DNA of 63,420 nt, counting the filler, from Trichomonas gallinae (Eukaryota), in assembly GCA_008369845.1 (NCBI GenBank). It is 4 parts of 4 records of this genome, joined end to end, with 100 filler letters (N's around TTAATTAATTAA, not from the genome) between each part and the next. Parts side by side here need not be neighbours in the genome. Positions count along the whole stretch, not along the records: positions 1 to 25,435 come from MRSU01000977.1; 3 more parts are not named here. One strand, 5' to 3'. Position numbers and translations under genes: made by a program. The notes under the pieces were generated by a model. That model ran no database searches, was not told the DNA's origin, and saw nothing but the letters and a program-made list of their open reading frames with translations. Below, in pieces: positions 1 through 9,398 of the stretch. The first letter of the stretch is position 1. Every line of letters begins with the position of its first letter.

Positions 1-217
1 ATTGCTTAATTAAATGGTGTTGGATGAAAAAGTGAGAGCAAAAATTGAAAGGTGGGTGAAAAAGTGAGAGTGAAATTTCATAATACAAAATTTGAAATGA
101 TAACTTAGAAATGAGTAAAAACGAAAAATTTCTTGATAAAATGGTTTTATGGAGTGATAAAATGCTTGTTTTTAAATCAAATCAATAATTTATGAAAAGG
201 AAAAAAAGCAAAAGCAA

Positions 218-342
218 TTTCTTGACTCGAACCAAAGCCGAAAAATTCCGGCACGTACCCATTATTAGTTGACCCGCAGTCCTTCCTAGTAAAAGGCGAG
301 GAAAGAAACCACACAATTGAGACAACCCAGGTATTGGCCAAA
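218..342 (-). ncRNA. U5: U5 spliceosomal snRNA
   Basis: Minus strand reads CTTTCCT-CGCCTTTTACT-AGGAAGG, the invariant U5 loop 1 (plus 288-298) closed by a 7-bp stem. Further stems: TGTGGT/ACTGCG, GTTGTCTC/GGGTCAAC, TACC/GGTA. An Sm-like site GAATTTTTC (plus 240-248) is followed by a 3' hairpin. Ends approximate. Confidence 0.9.
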
Positions 343-534
343 GGATCATTCGACAATTATATTTGAGCATAATTAATCGGTTTTAATTATTTTAAATTTT
401 TCATAATAATTACAAATATTCATCTTTTTATTGAATGTAGATATTATTCAGGCAGATTTTTTTTTTTTCAAATGATAAATAATAATTTCAAAAATCGAAA
501 TAATTTAATACAAACAAAATATACTAATATATAA

Positions 535-2535
535 CTAATGCATCTTATTCTTATGCTTATTTTTCTTCATCTTACTGCTTTTCGTGGTATTCTTTTTCAA
601 TTTCGGTATTTCTTGAGGTGGCTCAGCAGTAAGCTTATACATACAGTACCAGTCACTCTCAAACACCTTTTCCCAGCATTCCTGCTCTGACGTACTCAAC
701 GGGAACAAAAATGGCTGTTCTTCATGCGAAAAAGTTGGCGCATTCCTCTTCTTTTGCAGCACGTACTCGATATTCTCTTCCTTCCAGCGCTTCCAGTTGC
801 ATTTATCAGCCAAAAGCTCATTTTGTATTAATTTCGTATTCGGTCCCGCGACACCATGCTGAGCAACCCAGTAAACGAAGCCGCTGAACAGTTGTCTGCC
901 AGCTATAGATGTTGCTGGATTGAATCTTGAGTTGTAGCTCAAAATAACAGCTTCCACTGGTACATTTTCTTGAATCCATTCTCCCATTAATTGGTCTCTT
1001 GGGAAAAACACCTGTAAAGGCCTCATAATGTCATGCGGCAGTGAAACTAATGTAGCAAGCATCTGCTGAACAATCAAAAATATAACAATATACTGAATAA
1101 TTTTGTGATCTTTCGCTTTTCTATATACATACATGTAGAATTGCACAACATATGGAACAGCAATTGGTATCCAAACAGCTGCGAACAGTTTTAAGTTGTC
1201 TCCTTCCCATGGTTGATAGCGAATATATGTTGTCGTAAACCAAACAAACATTGATGCTCCCCAATGAATCATCTGGTTTTTATTCGCTGTCACCCAACCG
1301 AATAATATCATTATATAGGCAAATGGGCCATATCCTTTCCACCAGATTTGAATTAGTGGAAAAATCATCTTTCCATATACACCATTGCTCCATAGTGGCA
1401 TCAAGGCGAAGAATGAAAAGCCTGTTTGTGCCCTTCCCCAATAAGGATAAGTTAATGGAATTCCAATTGAGCAGGAAATGAATCCATATAAGCTCCACTT
1501 CCAGAAATAGGGCCAAAACTTAAGGTTCTTGGTTGTGAAAAGGCCAATTATGCAAATCATTATTGAATATTGAGCAATTGCAACAAAACTGTGGATCTGG
1601 AGCTGCGGAAGTATGCATGTGCATAAGCCAGCAAGAATCAAGTAGCGGATGTCAATATTTTTCTCTTTTGTCATCTTCACGAAGCAAATCAAAATTCCTA
1701 GAACTAAAGGGAAAGAAAACAAGGCGCTGCGCTGTGGGATGAGTATCTGTAGCAATGGCTGCAGTGTATATGCAAAAACTCCATCTAAATTATTCATATA
1801 GTTTATACTCGTATTAAATCGAAATCCGTTCGTGAAAATCAGCCAGTAGCCAAAACCACCGAGGTTCATCCACAAAACAACAGAAATAGTGGCAACTGTG
1901 TGATCTTTCGAGAATTCGTAAGATAATCCGTGAATAAGGACCACAGAGATAAATGCCATCAAGAAAGCAGTTATTTGCAGGTTGAATGCTATTTCGCTGT
2001 CATCTGTATTCATCATCGCTGCAATATAAAGATTATGAAACATTGGATAAGCTAAAGTTAGATTTGCTTGAAAAGAAGACATCACATTGAAAAGAGAGGT
2101 TCTATTATAGTTGATTCCTGTCGAAAATGATCTGATTATATTAAGATGAAATGGTAAATCTGCAAATGTCGGTCCAATTGCTAGATGGCCTTTATATAAT
2201 GTAACATGTTTAGAGTATAGTCCTACAACAAGCGAACACACGACAAGTACAACTGTTTCTATCAAAGTAGCTTTGAATTTTAATGAAGGAATAAATTTTG
2301 CATTTAAATAATGAAGAATAAGCGCAATAACTGTGTATAGTATGGCAATTGTAATACAATGCAATCTGTTTAAAGGATAAAATATAGTTGTAACGAAAAA
2401 ATTTAAAGATTGAATCGCAATTCCAAGCGCAACACCTATAGAACATCGATAAATGAAGTCTATTTTGTTTCGAATGATATATGTCGTCAACTCATACCCA
2501 AAAAATGCAGCAGAACTCAATAAAATTACACTCAT
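535..2535 (-). CDS. Multi-pass membrane protein, probable GT-C-fold glycosyltransferase-like
   Basis: 666-aa ORF with >10 hydrophobic segments, lumenal DLPFH motif after the first TMs, motifs PQRS, QPWEGDNLKLF and AGRQLFSGFVYW, and a soluble C-terminal domain. Confidence 0.6.
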   Translation of the reverse strand: MSVILLSSAAFFGYELTTYIIRNKIDFIYRCSIGVALGIAIQSLNFFVTTIFYPLNRLHCITIAILYTVIALILHYLNAKFIPSLKFKATLIETVVLVVCSLVVGLYSKHVTLYKGHLAIGPTFADLPFHLNIIRSFSTGINYNRTSLFNVMSSFQANLTLAYPMFHNLYIAAMMNTDDSEIAFNLQITAFLMAFISVVLIHGLSYEFSKDHTVATISVVLWMNLGGFGYWLIFTNGFRFNTSINYMNNLDGVFAYTLQPLLQILIPQRSALFSFPLVLGILICFVKMTKEKNIDIRYLILAGLCTCILPQLQIHSFVAIAQYSIMICIIGLFTTKNLKFWPYFWKWSLYGFISCSIGIPLTYPYWGRAQTGFSFFALMPLWSNGVYGKMIFPLIQIWWKGYGPFAYIMILFGWVTANKNQMIHWGASMFVWFTTTYIRYQPWEGDNLKLFAAVWIPIAVPYVVQFYMYVYRKAKDHKIIQYIVIFLIVQQMLATLVSLPHDIMRPLQVFFPRDQLMGEWIQENVPVEAVILSYNSRFNPATSIAGRQLFSGFVYWVAQHGVAGPNTKLIQNELLADKCNWKRWKEENIEYVLQKKRNAPTFSHEEQPFLFPLSTSEQECWEKVFESDWYCMYKLTAEPPQEIPKLKKNTTKSSKMKKNKHKNKMH

Positions 2536-2554
2536 TTCATATAATTATATAATC

Positions 2555-2960
2555 TAGGGTCTGCAAAAAATAAAAATGGGAAATATTCTAATTACAGGGG
2601 CTATCATAATTATATAGGGGATTGTATTCAAAATAATTTAAGGGGCTGATAATAAAAAACAGGGGATGAGAATCTAAATAAATTTGGATCAATATTTATT
2701 TAGTGGATGAAGTTGAAAATAATTTTTGGGTTTATTTTTTTTTTAATTAAGGGTCTGATATTTTAAAAAAAGGGGATGAAGTTGAAAATAATTATAGGGT
2801 TAACTTTTTTTAATATGGGGATGGAATTGAAAATAATTTAAGGGTCTGGTATTATTAAATAGGGAATTTGATTGAAAATAATTATAGGGTTTGACATTTT
2901 TAAAAAGGGGTTGTTTAATTTTTGCGAAATACCCCTTTATAATATTTTAAGCCCCTTTAA
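2555..2960. repeat. Degenerate ~45-bp tandem array with AGGG(G) tracts in a divergent promoter
   Basis: Units like AGGGGATGAAGTTGAAAATAATTATAGGGT... start near 2616, 2661, 2701, 2771, 2816, 2861, 2906. Inverted CCCCTTTA copies follow at ~2932 and ~2952. Confidence 0.75.
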
Positions 2961-2989
2961 ATTTACGAATTCGCAAAAAAACTATATAT

Positions 2990-4741
2990 ATGATAGATTG
3001 GAGTCCAGCCATTTCCAACGACTTCAATATTGGCTCACTCGGCCTTGCTGTTGACTACAATTATCATCCTAATCTAGTACTGCGCGATTTCCCAATAGAA
3101 ACCGATGTTTCTAAAGCGATTGATCGTGTAGCGAAATATTTAAGCGCAGAGGATGACTCCAAGCAGTTATCACAGCAGATGGCAGAAGTTCAACTTACAA
3201 GTCACAACTTAACAAAGGATATGGCTAAAGTTGAAAAAGATGCTGACGATGATGCGAAAATGCAAGAAGAATTATCAAAAATGGCTGTCGAATACATTAG
3301 AAAACGCGATGATTTCATAATGAGACAAAGATCACGCAAATTTAACCACACGAAAACCCTCGATGAACCAGAACCAGTGGAATTCGTTGACACACCTGAA
3401 GGATTAATCAAATATCGAAATTATGTCTTCAGATACAAGCTGTTTATCGATAACCAACGCAATCTTATGCAGAAAGAAAGATCTGAATTATTTAATGAAT
3501 CGAATTTAATCAAAAATGATCACGAAAAAATATTGACACAAGACAGATATAACCAAGAGGATTACAATGTTATAGTAAAGAAGCGCGAAGAAATTGTTAA
3601 AATTAAGAAATTAGCGAATACACCAGAAGGACTCTACGAAAAGCACCTACAGATTGTAGAAGAAAAGAGAAAAAGAATTGCAGCTGAAGCAGAGAAAATG
3701 GTTGAAATCGAAAAACAAATCGAAATAAATAAAGTGAAAAACAAAGAAATACAAAGACAAAACAAAAGAGCAGCAAAGAAACTCACAGCAATTCGTGAGA
3801 AACTTGATAAAGAATTCCAAGAAGTCGAAACTAAGAAACAAATTCTATTCCAAAGTGTGCAGAAACTCAATAACGAGACAAAAGAACTATCAGAAGAGAG
3901 AACACGCCTCAATGGTATTAAAAAGATGCTTGAAAACGAAAAACAGAAAATAATTGATGATATGGCCGCAATTAATTTTTATAAAGAATCTTTCCGCAAA
4001 GAATTCGCAGAAATTGCAATGGAAAAGCAGAGAATACGCATAGCAATCAACCAACTGATGGAGAAACGCAAAGAAATTCCAAAAAGAAGACTTGAAGCTG
4101 GATTAACAGAGAAACCTGTCGAAATTCTTCAGCCTAATCCAGCCATCCTCAGACAGGAGCTCATATTCCTGCAGAGGGACTACGACGTCGCACGAGCACA
4201 GCTCAAAATGGAGCAAGACGCTGTTGAAGCACTAAAGAAGGCTGTTTATCCTAAAATCGAGAGAAAAACAAATGTACAAGGCCCGGTTTTGTTCCCGGAG
4301 CTGTTGAAGCCGAAGGTGATCAATGGAATAAGAGTCATAAAGGCACAGGACATGAAAACAATACATGGACATACTATAACTCCGGCAAAGAAAGCAGGAG
4401 ATTCTGTAGTAATTTCATTTGGCAAGAAAAAACAAGTTCCAGAACCAGGCATACCCCAAAATGTAGAAGAACAACCAGATAATGCATTGAAACCAGAAGA
4501 AGTTAATGAATTATTACAAAATGCTGAAAATCAAGAAACATCTCAAATAATAGATGATACACAAGTAGATGATCCAAAAATAAATGATGAAGATGAAAAA
4601 TTTGAAGAACAATCAATAGATCAACAAAAATCAGAAGAAAGCCATGAGCTTTCTCAGAAAACAGAAGACAAACCAGAGGAAACTCCTAAAGTGATGGAAT
4701 CTGAAGACCAACTAGAAATTTCACAACCATCAGATAATTGA
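2990..4741 (+). CDS. Coiled-coil protein with acidic tail
   Basis: 583-aa ORF; long E/K/Q-rich heptad region and acidic low-complexity C-terminus. Confidence 0.8.
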   Translation: MIDWSPAISNDFNIGSLGLAVDYNYHPNLVLRDFPIETDVSKAIDRVAKYLSAEDDSKQLSQQMAEVQLTSHNLTKDMAKVEKDADDDAKMQEELSKMAVEYIRKRDDFIMRQRSRKFNHTKTLDEPEPVEFVDTPEGLIKYRNYVFRYKLFIDNQRNLMQKERSELFNESNLIKNDHEKILTQDRYNQEDYNVIVKKREEIVKIKKLANTPEGLYEKHLQIVEEKRKRIAAEAEKMVEIEKQIEINKVKNKEIQRQNKRAAKKLTAIREKLDKEFQEVETKKQILFQSVQKLNNETKELSEERTRLNGIKKMLENEKQKIIDDMAAINFYKESFRKEFAEIAMEKQRIRIAINQLMEKRKEIPKRRLEAGLTEKPVEILQPNPAILRQELIFLQRDYDVARAQLKMEQDAVEALKKAVYPKIERKTNVQGPVLFPELLKPKVINGIRVIKAQDMKTIHGHTITPAKKAGDSVVISFGKKKQVPEPGIPQNVEEQPDNALKPEEVNELLQNAENQETSQIIDDTQVDDPKINDEDEKFEEQSIDQQKSEESHELSQKTEDKPEETPKVMESEDQLEISQPSDN

Positions 4742-4819
4742 TAGTTATTTATTTCTAATTGCGATATGTTTTTAAATCTGTATTTTAATTTTTACTCTAA
4801 GTGTTTCTCATCATCATAA

Positions 4820-4885
4820 GGTCATCCAGAAATAGTCAAATCCTTTATAACATTTCCTGGAATAGTTACCAATGTAATAGACAAA
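4820..4885 (+). pseudogene. Single ankyrin-repeat relic
   Basis: Translates GHPEIVKSFITFPGIVTNVIDK, matching the GHHEIVKLLLTVPGIDVNAKDK repeat seen at 15400-15750, 57690-57895 and 63250-63345. Confidence 0.65.
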
Positions 4886-5530
4886 TCGATTGTAAACTTA
4901 GAAAGTTTTGACATTTTGACAACTTTGATCATTATTTTTGCATGAATTTTAGAATTATTTCCCTGCTTCATTTATACATATTTACTAGTTCTCTTAACCA
5001 TAAAAAGGGAACGCTTCCATTGCAGAATTATATTGCAGACTATGGCCAATGATATCATATTATATTCGTTAGATTTTGTAACGAATCAAATTTCAACATA
5101 ATTCATAAAATATAAAAGTGACATTAAAGCATCTCAACCTAAAGTACGTCATCCATTAAAATTGCTAACGAATGATCTTAACATATACCTGTATATAGAA
5201 CAAGGACTCAATGATATATTATTCAGAATAAATTGGTAACCATAGCTCATATAATTACTAAAAATAACTTTTGAAAACCAATTTTACAAAAAATGATATA
5301 CAAACATAACAAAACAAGATGAAAACGATTATCACGGTATAATTTTAGAGATAATTGTCTTGATATCTGTACATTTAGCGATATTATCGTCTTATCTTCG
5401 TTAATATTCGGAAACACGAATCATTTGGATTATATCAAGAAAAGAATGCAAATATTGCATTTTCATCAAAACAGTAGAACAATAAATTTGGAGAAAATAA
5501 ATATATAATAAATTTGATGATAATTTCAAA

Positions 5531-6079
5531 TTAAATTGATTTGATGAGAGATATCTGAGCATTTTGCAGCTGGATTAACTGCTGTAACAGCGGAACAATT
5601 GATTCTCTGTTTTTCTTTTGTGAATATTCAATTAATCCTTTGTAGAGTTTGTTAATATTTTCGTCATTTATTTGGAAATTTCGATTGGTCTGCTTTAATT
5701 GCTTCTTTTTGTTCAACAATGAAGAAATGATTTTATTTTCATTGACGTGAAAGTATAAACTAACCTTATCTTTGATTTCTCTGTTTGGCTGATCATGAAT
5801 TCCTTCGAAATTTTGTTGGAATTTGATTTTGTTAACTTCAATTTCTTGAAGAAGTTGATTTGCAACCATTAATTGGTTCTTAAACTGTTTATCATATCCT
5901 GAAAATTTCTGTGATGACAATAAAAAGTTATCGTCGCATATATTAATTCTCATTTCAAGATTTCTTATCCTTGTATCTAAGTCTTGAGCAGGTACATTTG
6001 GCATAGAGTCCTTAAAAATCATCATAGATGATGGTAATGACATTGAACTTGCTGATTTTGCAACACCATAAGAACGCAT
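5531..6079 (-). CDS. Hypothetical coiled-coil protein
   Basis: 182-aa ATG ORF rich in Q/N/K/L. Confidence 0.65.
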   Translation of the reverse strand: MRSYGVAKSASSMSLPSSMMIFKDSMPNVPAQDLDTRIRNLEMRINICDDNFLLSSQKFSGYDKQFKNQLMVANQLLQEIEVNKIKFQQNFEGIHDQPNREIKDKVSLYFHVNENKIISSLLNKKKQLKQTNRNFQINDENINKLYKGLIEYSQKKNRESIVPLLQQLIQLQNAQISLIKSI

Positions 6080-6099
6080 AACAAAATCAAAATAAAAAT

Positions 6100-6295
6100 G
6101 TCAAATAAAATCATTTTTGTCACGTAAATATATTTTTGTATGCGATTTTTGTCAAATAAAATGATTTTTTGTTATGTAAACAAATAAAATCATTTTTGTC
6201 GCGTAAATTAATATTTGCTGTGTAAACAAATAAATTTGCTATGTAAACAGGATATTTCAATTTTGTCATGTAAATTATAATTTGTCATGTAAATA
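6100..6295. repeat. Tandem degenerate array of TTTG(T/C)(C/T)(A/G)(T/C)GTAAA
   Basis: About 7 copies: tttgtcacgtaaa, tttgttatgtaaa, tttgtcgcgtaaa, tttgctgtgtaaa, tttgctatgtaaa, tttgtcatgtaaa x2. The first three are preceded by CAAATAAAAT(C/G)AT. Confidence 0.75.
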
Positions 6296-6348
6296 ATTTT
6301 ATTTTACATAATAACATAACAATTTCTATTTATTCTAACAAACAAATA

Positions 6349-8163
6349 TTAATTCTTCATTGGCTTATATAGTGCCATTGTTGCCATTTCAGTAAACTGA
6401 TCTGCTGTATTTGGATTATGAGCCAGTGCTTGTATTAGCATCGGTGTAAATTTCATCAGCATATCATATACATCCCTTGGACAACAATTGCAGAAGCTAT
6501 TATCACGCAACATGAAGCCGAGTATAATAACGCATGTTCTAATAATCCAAATCGGATCATATATAATAAAACATAGCTTGAGAATATTAATTTCATTATC
6601 ATCATCAACATTCGAGCAAAAATTGAATAGATCGGTCATAAATGCAACAAGTATAACAAATCTATCGCTAAACTTTGATTTTGTGTTGACTAATTCAAGC
6701 GATGAAGCTAAATCTGTAATAGCTTCTCTATATTTATCAATAGCAAGATATTTCGAATCCCTGAAGTCCATCTTCAAGATCAGCATATCAGAAGTCAGCT
6801 GAGTTTCAATCATATATAATCTTCTCTTAACAGGCTCGATTAAATAAAGTTCTATTTGATCAATGGCTGATATAGCACGCCAAAATCTCATACTACCTAA
6901 ATGAGAGACTTTAAACGCTTCTGCCCAAACTTGATCGAAATATTGTCGCTCAACAAGTTGTCTTTGCACATAAATCGCGCAAAATGATAATCTATGCTCA
7001 CATCTAGTTGCCATATCAATAAAATCGTTGATTCTCGATATATCGTTTTTCATTTTCAAAAATGATTCGAAATAGCATGCTTTTTCGCTTACAGGGTTAT
7101 CAAATATAACACCACTCGCTTGATCATATTTGATCCCAAGCGTGACTTGAACGAGAAATGGTTGTTGATGATTTTTTGGTAAATCATTAGTTAAAAGCGG
7201 CCTAACCATTGCATTATATTGCATTGGCAGCATTGTAAGAATGTATATATCATATGGAGTGAAAATAAAAGAAACTCTTTCCGGGTGATTTGGTAAAGAT
7301 ATCCTAGGAAGCGGTTCTAGCTTCGAAGATCTTGGTGTAAGGTCAAGATATTGCCTCCAGCTGTTCTTGCATGTAAGAATTTCAAAGAGAATGTCTGAAG
7401 AATTCGATGGTTTTCGCGTTGAATGCATTAAATTTCCTGTTTTCAAGAAAACTGTAAGATGAGGATAGAGAATTGCTTTCAGGACAAATTTGAAGCCGTT
7501 TTCATTTCCCCAGTGTTGTGTGACGAAGTCTAAAACGAATAACATTGTTTGTGGTAGGAAATGTAGGTTTTTTGAAATCGCTTGTATAAATCTAATGATA
7601 ACAACTTCTGTGGGAACGTTTGTTTCTTGTAAATGCAGCAATTGCCTTTTAATCGAATTTTCAGCGAATGGTGTTGCAAGTGTAGAGCAAAAGAACGGTG
7701 TAACGAATGCTGTATACGTGTTTAAATCTAGCTGATTACCTAACGCGATGTAAAATATTGCCGCTTGTTCCAAACTCGCTGAAGTGCTGAAATAATTGAA
7801 AACTGCTGGGACAAGGATATAAGCAACGTAGTTAAAGTATGGTGCAGATTTCAAATTTCCAATAATTATAGCAAAAGCCGTTGGATCATCGTATAATGAA
7901 TTAATCAAATAATTCATTGCTTGTATTTGCATTGGTTCGTATATATCCATTGGATCACCTATCTGATGACCTGCGTATTTACTGAACGTATTGATATCTA
8001 TACTTTGAACTAGTCCTTTGCAGAAATAAATTGCATTTAATATCTGGTTTGTTCTATTTAGCTTCAACAAGCGCAGCATCAACTCGTCGCCATCATTCAG
8101 CGACCGCTGGAGTTTGTCGGGAATGTCGTCAGGGATCCAAGATTCAATTGTTTCCGGATCCAT
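6349..8163 (-). CDS. Hypothetical alpha-helical protein (possible divergent RasGAP-like fold)
   Basis: 604-aa ATG ORF. The PAVFNYF segment resembles a trichomonad RasGAP-like family; function uncertain. Confidence 0.6.
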   Translation of the reverse strand: MDPETIESWIPDDIPDKLQRSLNDGDELMLRLLKLNRTNQILNAIYFCKGLVQSIDINTFSKYAGHQIGDPMDIYEPMQIQAMNYLINSLYDDPTAFAIIIGNLKSAPYFNYVAYILVPAVFNYFSTSASLEQAAIFYIALGNQLDLNTYTAFVTPFFCSTLATPFAENSIKRQLLHLQETNVPTEVVIIRFIQAISKNLHFLPQTMLFVLDFVTQHWGNENGFKFVLKAILYPHLTVFLKTGNLMHSTRKPSNSSDILFEILTCKNSWRQYLDLTPRSSKLEPLPRISLPNHPERVSFIFTPYDIYILTMLPMQYNAMVRPLLTNDLPKNHQQPFLVQVTLGIKYDQASGVIFDNPVSEKACYFESFLKMKNDISRINDFIDMATRCEHRLSFCAIYVQRQLVERQYFDQVWAEAFKVSHLGSMRFWRAISAIDQIELYLIEPVKRRLYMIETQLTSDMLILKMDFRDSKYLAIDKYREAITDLASSLELVNTKSKFSDRFVILVAFMTDLFNFCSNVDDDNEINILKLCFIIYDPIWIIRTCVIILGFMLRDNSFCNCCPRDVYDMLMKFTPMLIQALAHNPNTADQFTEMATMALYKPMKN

Positions 8164-8948
8164 ATAAAATATGAAATAAAAAAAGAATTCTTTGATTTAA
8201 TAACCTTAATTATCGTTCACTTTTTAATTTTTAACCTTAATTATTTGACATACTAATTTTTAACCTTATTTTTTGATAAATCAATTATACAAACTGGTTG
8301 ACCTAAGGTGGCCAAAAATGAGAGGGAAAACGATTAGAAGCAACCAGTTTATAAAATATTTGCGATTACCTGCTTATTTTTTCACTTTTTGAATGAAGTT
8401 GGTAATGCTGGTCAAAGTGAGTTTTTTGAATTACTGTTTTGGCGAGAATTTTAATTTCTCGAAATACTTTGCAGAAGATTAATGAACACATTAATATAGA
8501 TTTACCTTTTGTCAATAAATATTATGTCTAACTTTACTATTTTCGCAAGAAAAATCAAATTGACAAATCCAAAAGTGACTGGAATTGTGATGATTTTTTC
8601 AACTTTTTGGCATTGTGTAATGCATTATATTACTGCAATGCTTTATCTAATAATGACATTTTTAGTTAAATTGAAGTTAATTGAGCATCGTTGCCCATGT
8701 TTTTCAAATCTTCGAATATTCTTCGGTTTGGATTAGATATTACATCATGTTGAAGCATGAGGTTAGCGCAAATAGTTGCTCGAAAGTGAATAACTTCATC
8801 TGAAGGAAAAGTTCCTTCGGCAACAACTTTGATGCAATCAGCTGCAGTACATTCTGAAGGAATGAGTGTATTAAGATAATCGACAATTGATTTGACTGAT
8901 TTAGCTGAAAAATCTGTATAGTAACATATAAAATCCCGAATAGTTTTC

Positions 8949-9090
8949 TTAATAATCAATTTCGTTTTCTTTTGCAGCTCTTTCATTATACTCCATTTTC
9001 TCTTCTTCTGATACCTGGATTTTCCTCCCTGACTCTCTGGCACATTTCTTTGGAAAATATCATGAATCTGGTTTTAGGCTTTTTCCGGTC
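8949..9090 (-). pseudogene. HMG-box relic lacking helix 2
   Basis: Frame A gives RKKPKTRFMIFSKEMCQRVREENPGI (HMG helix 1). It joins out of frame at TATCA (9009-9013) to SEEEKMEYNERAAKENEIDY* (HMG helix 3). No upstream ATG. Confidence 0.7.
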
Positions 9091-9320
9091 ACTTTTATAA
9101 TTTTAAGGTTTAAAATAGCAATTGAATACTTTACGAAGCAATTGGCCAGACACTTATATCATTTTAAGGTTAAAATCAAGTCAAAAATCGAAAAAAAAGA
9201 CATTCTTAGTTAGAATGTTTATTGCTATTAACAATTTCCCATCATAATAAATAATCGGAAAATATGTTTGTTCAATTCTCTTGACCATCCCAAATAGGTG
9301 GCCGATATAAAAAACAAAAT

Positions 9321-9356
9321 AAAAGTGACAAAAATGTGACAAATATAAAAGTGACA
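9321..9356 (+). promoter_or_regulatory. Cluster of M2-type motifs (AAAAGTGAC)
   Basis: aaaagtgaca / aaatgtgaca / aaaagtgaca, 45-80 bp upstream of ATG 9399. M2 is a described T. vaginalis core-promoter motif. Confidence 0.65.
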
Positions 9357-9398
9357 AAATTTTTAAAATCTTTTAGCGGATTTTTTTTTTTTTGAAAA

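Noticed and set aside
182..370. 62-aa ORF on the minus strand
   Set aside because: It overlies the U5 snRNA and the peptide has no protein-like features.
2555..2960. CRISPR array, telomeric repeat or G-quadruplex reading of the G-tract array
   Set aside because: Eukaryotic context with no cas genes, and the units are degenerate without unique spacers. It is not a short perfect telomeric unit, and ~20-nt loops make a stable G4 doubtful.
8666..9043. 125-aa GTG-start ORF as a real gene
   Set aside because: Its 5' part is an off-frame reading of the HMG relic; better explained as fused fragments.
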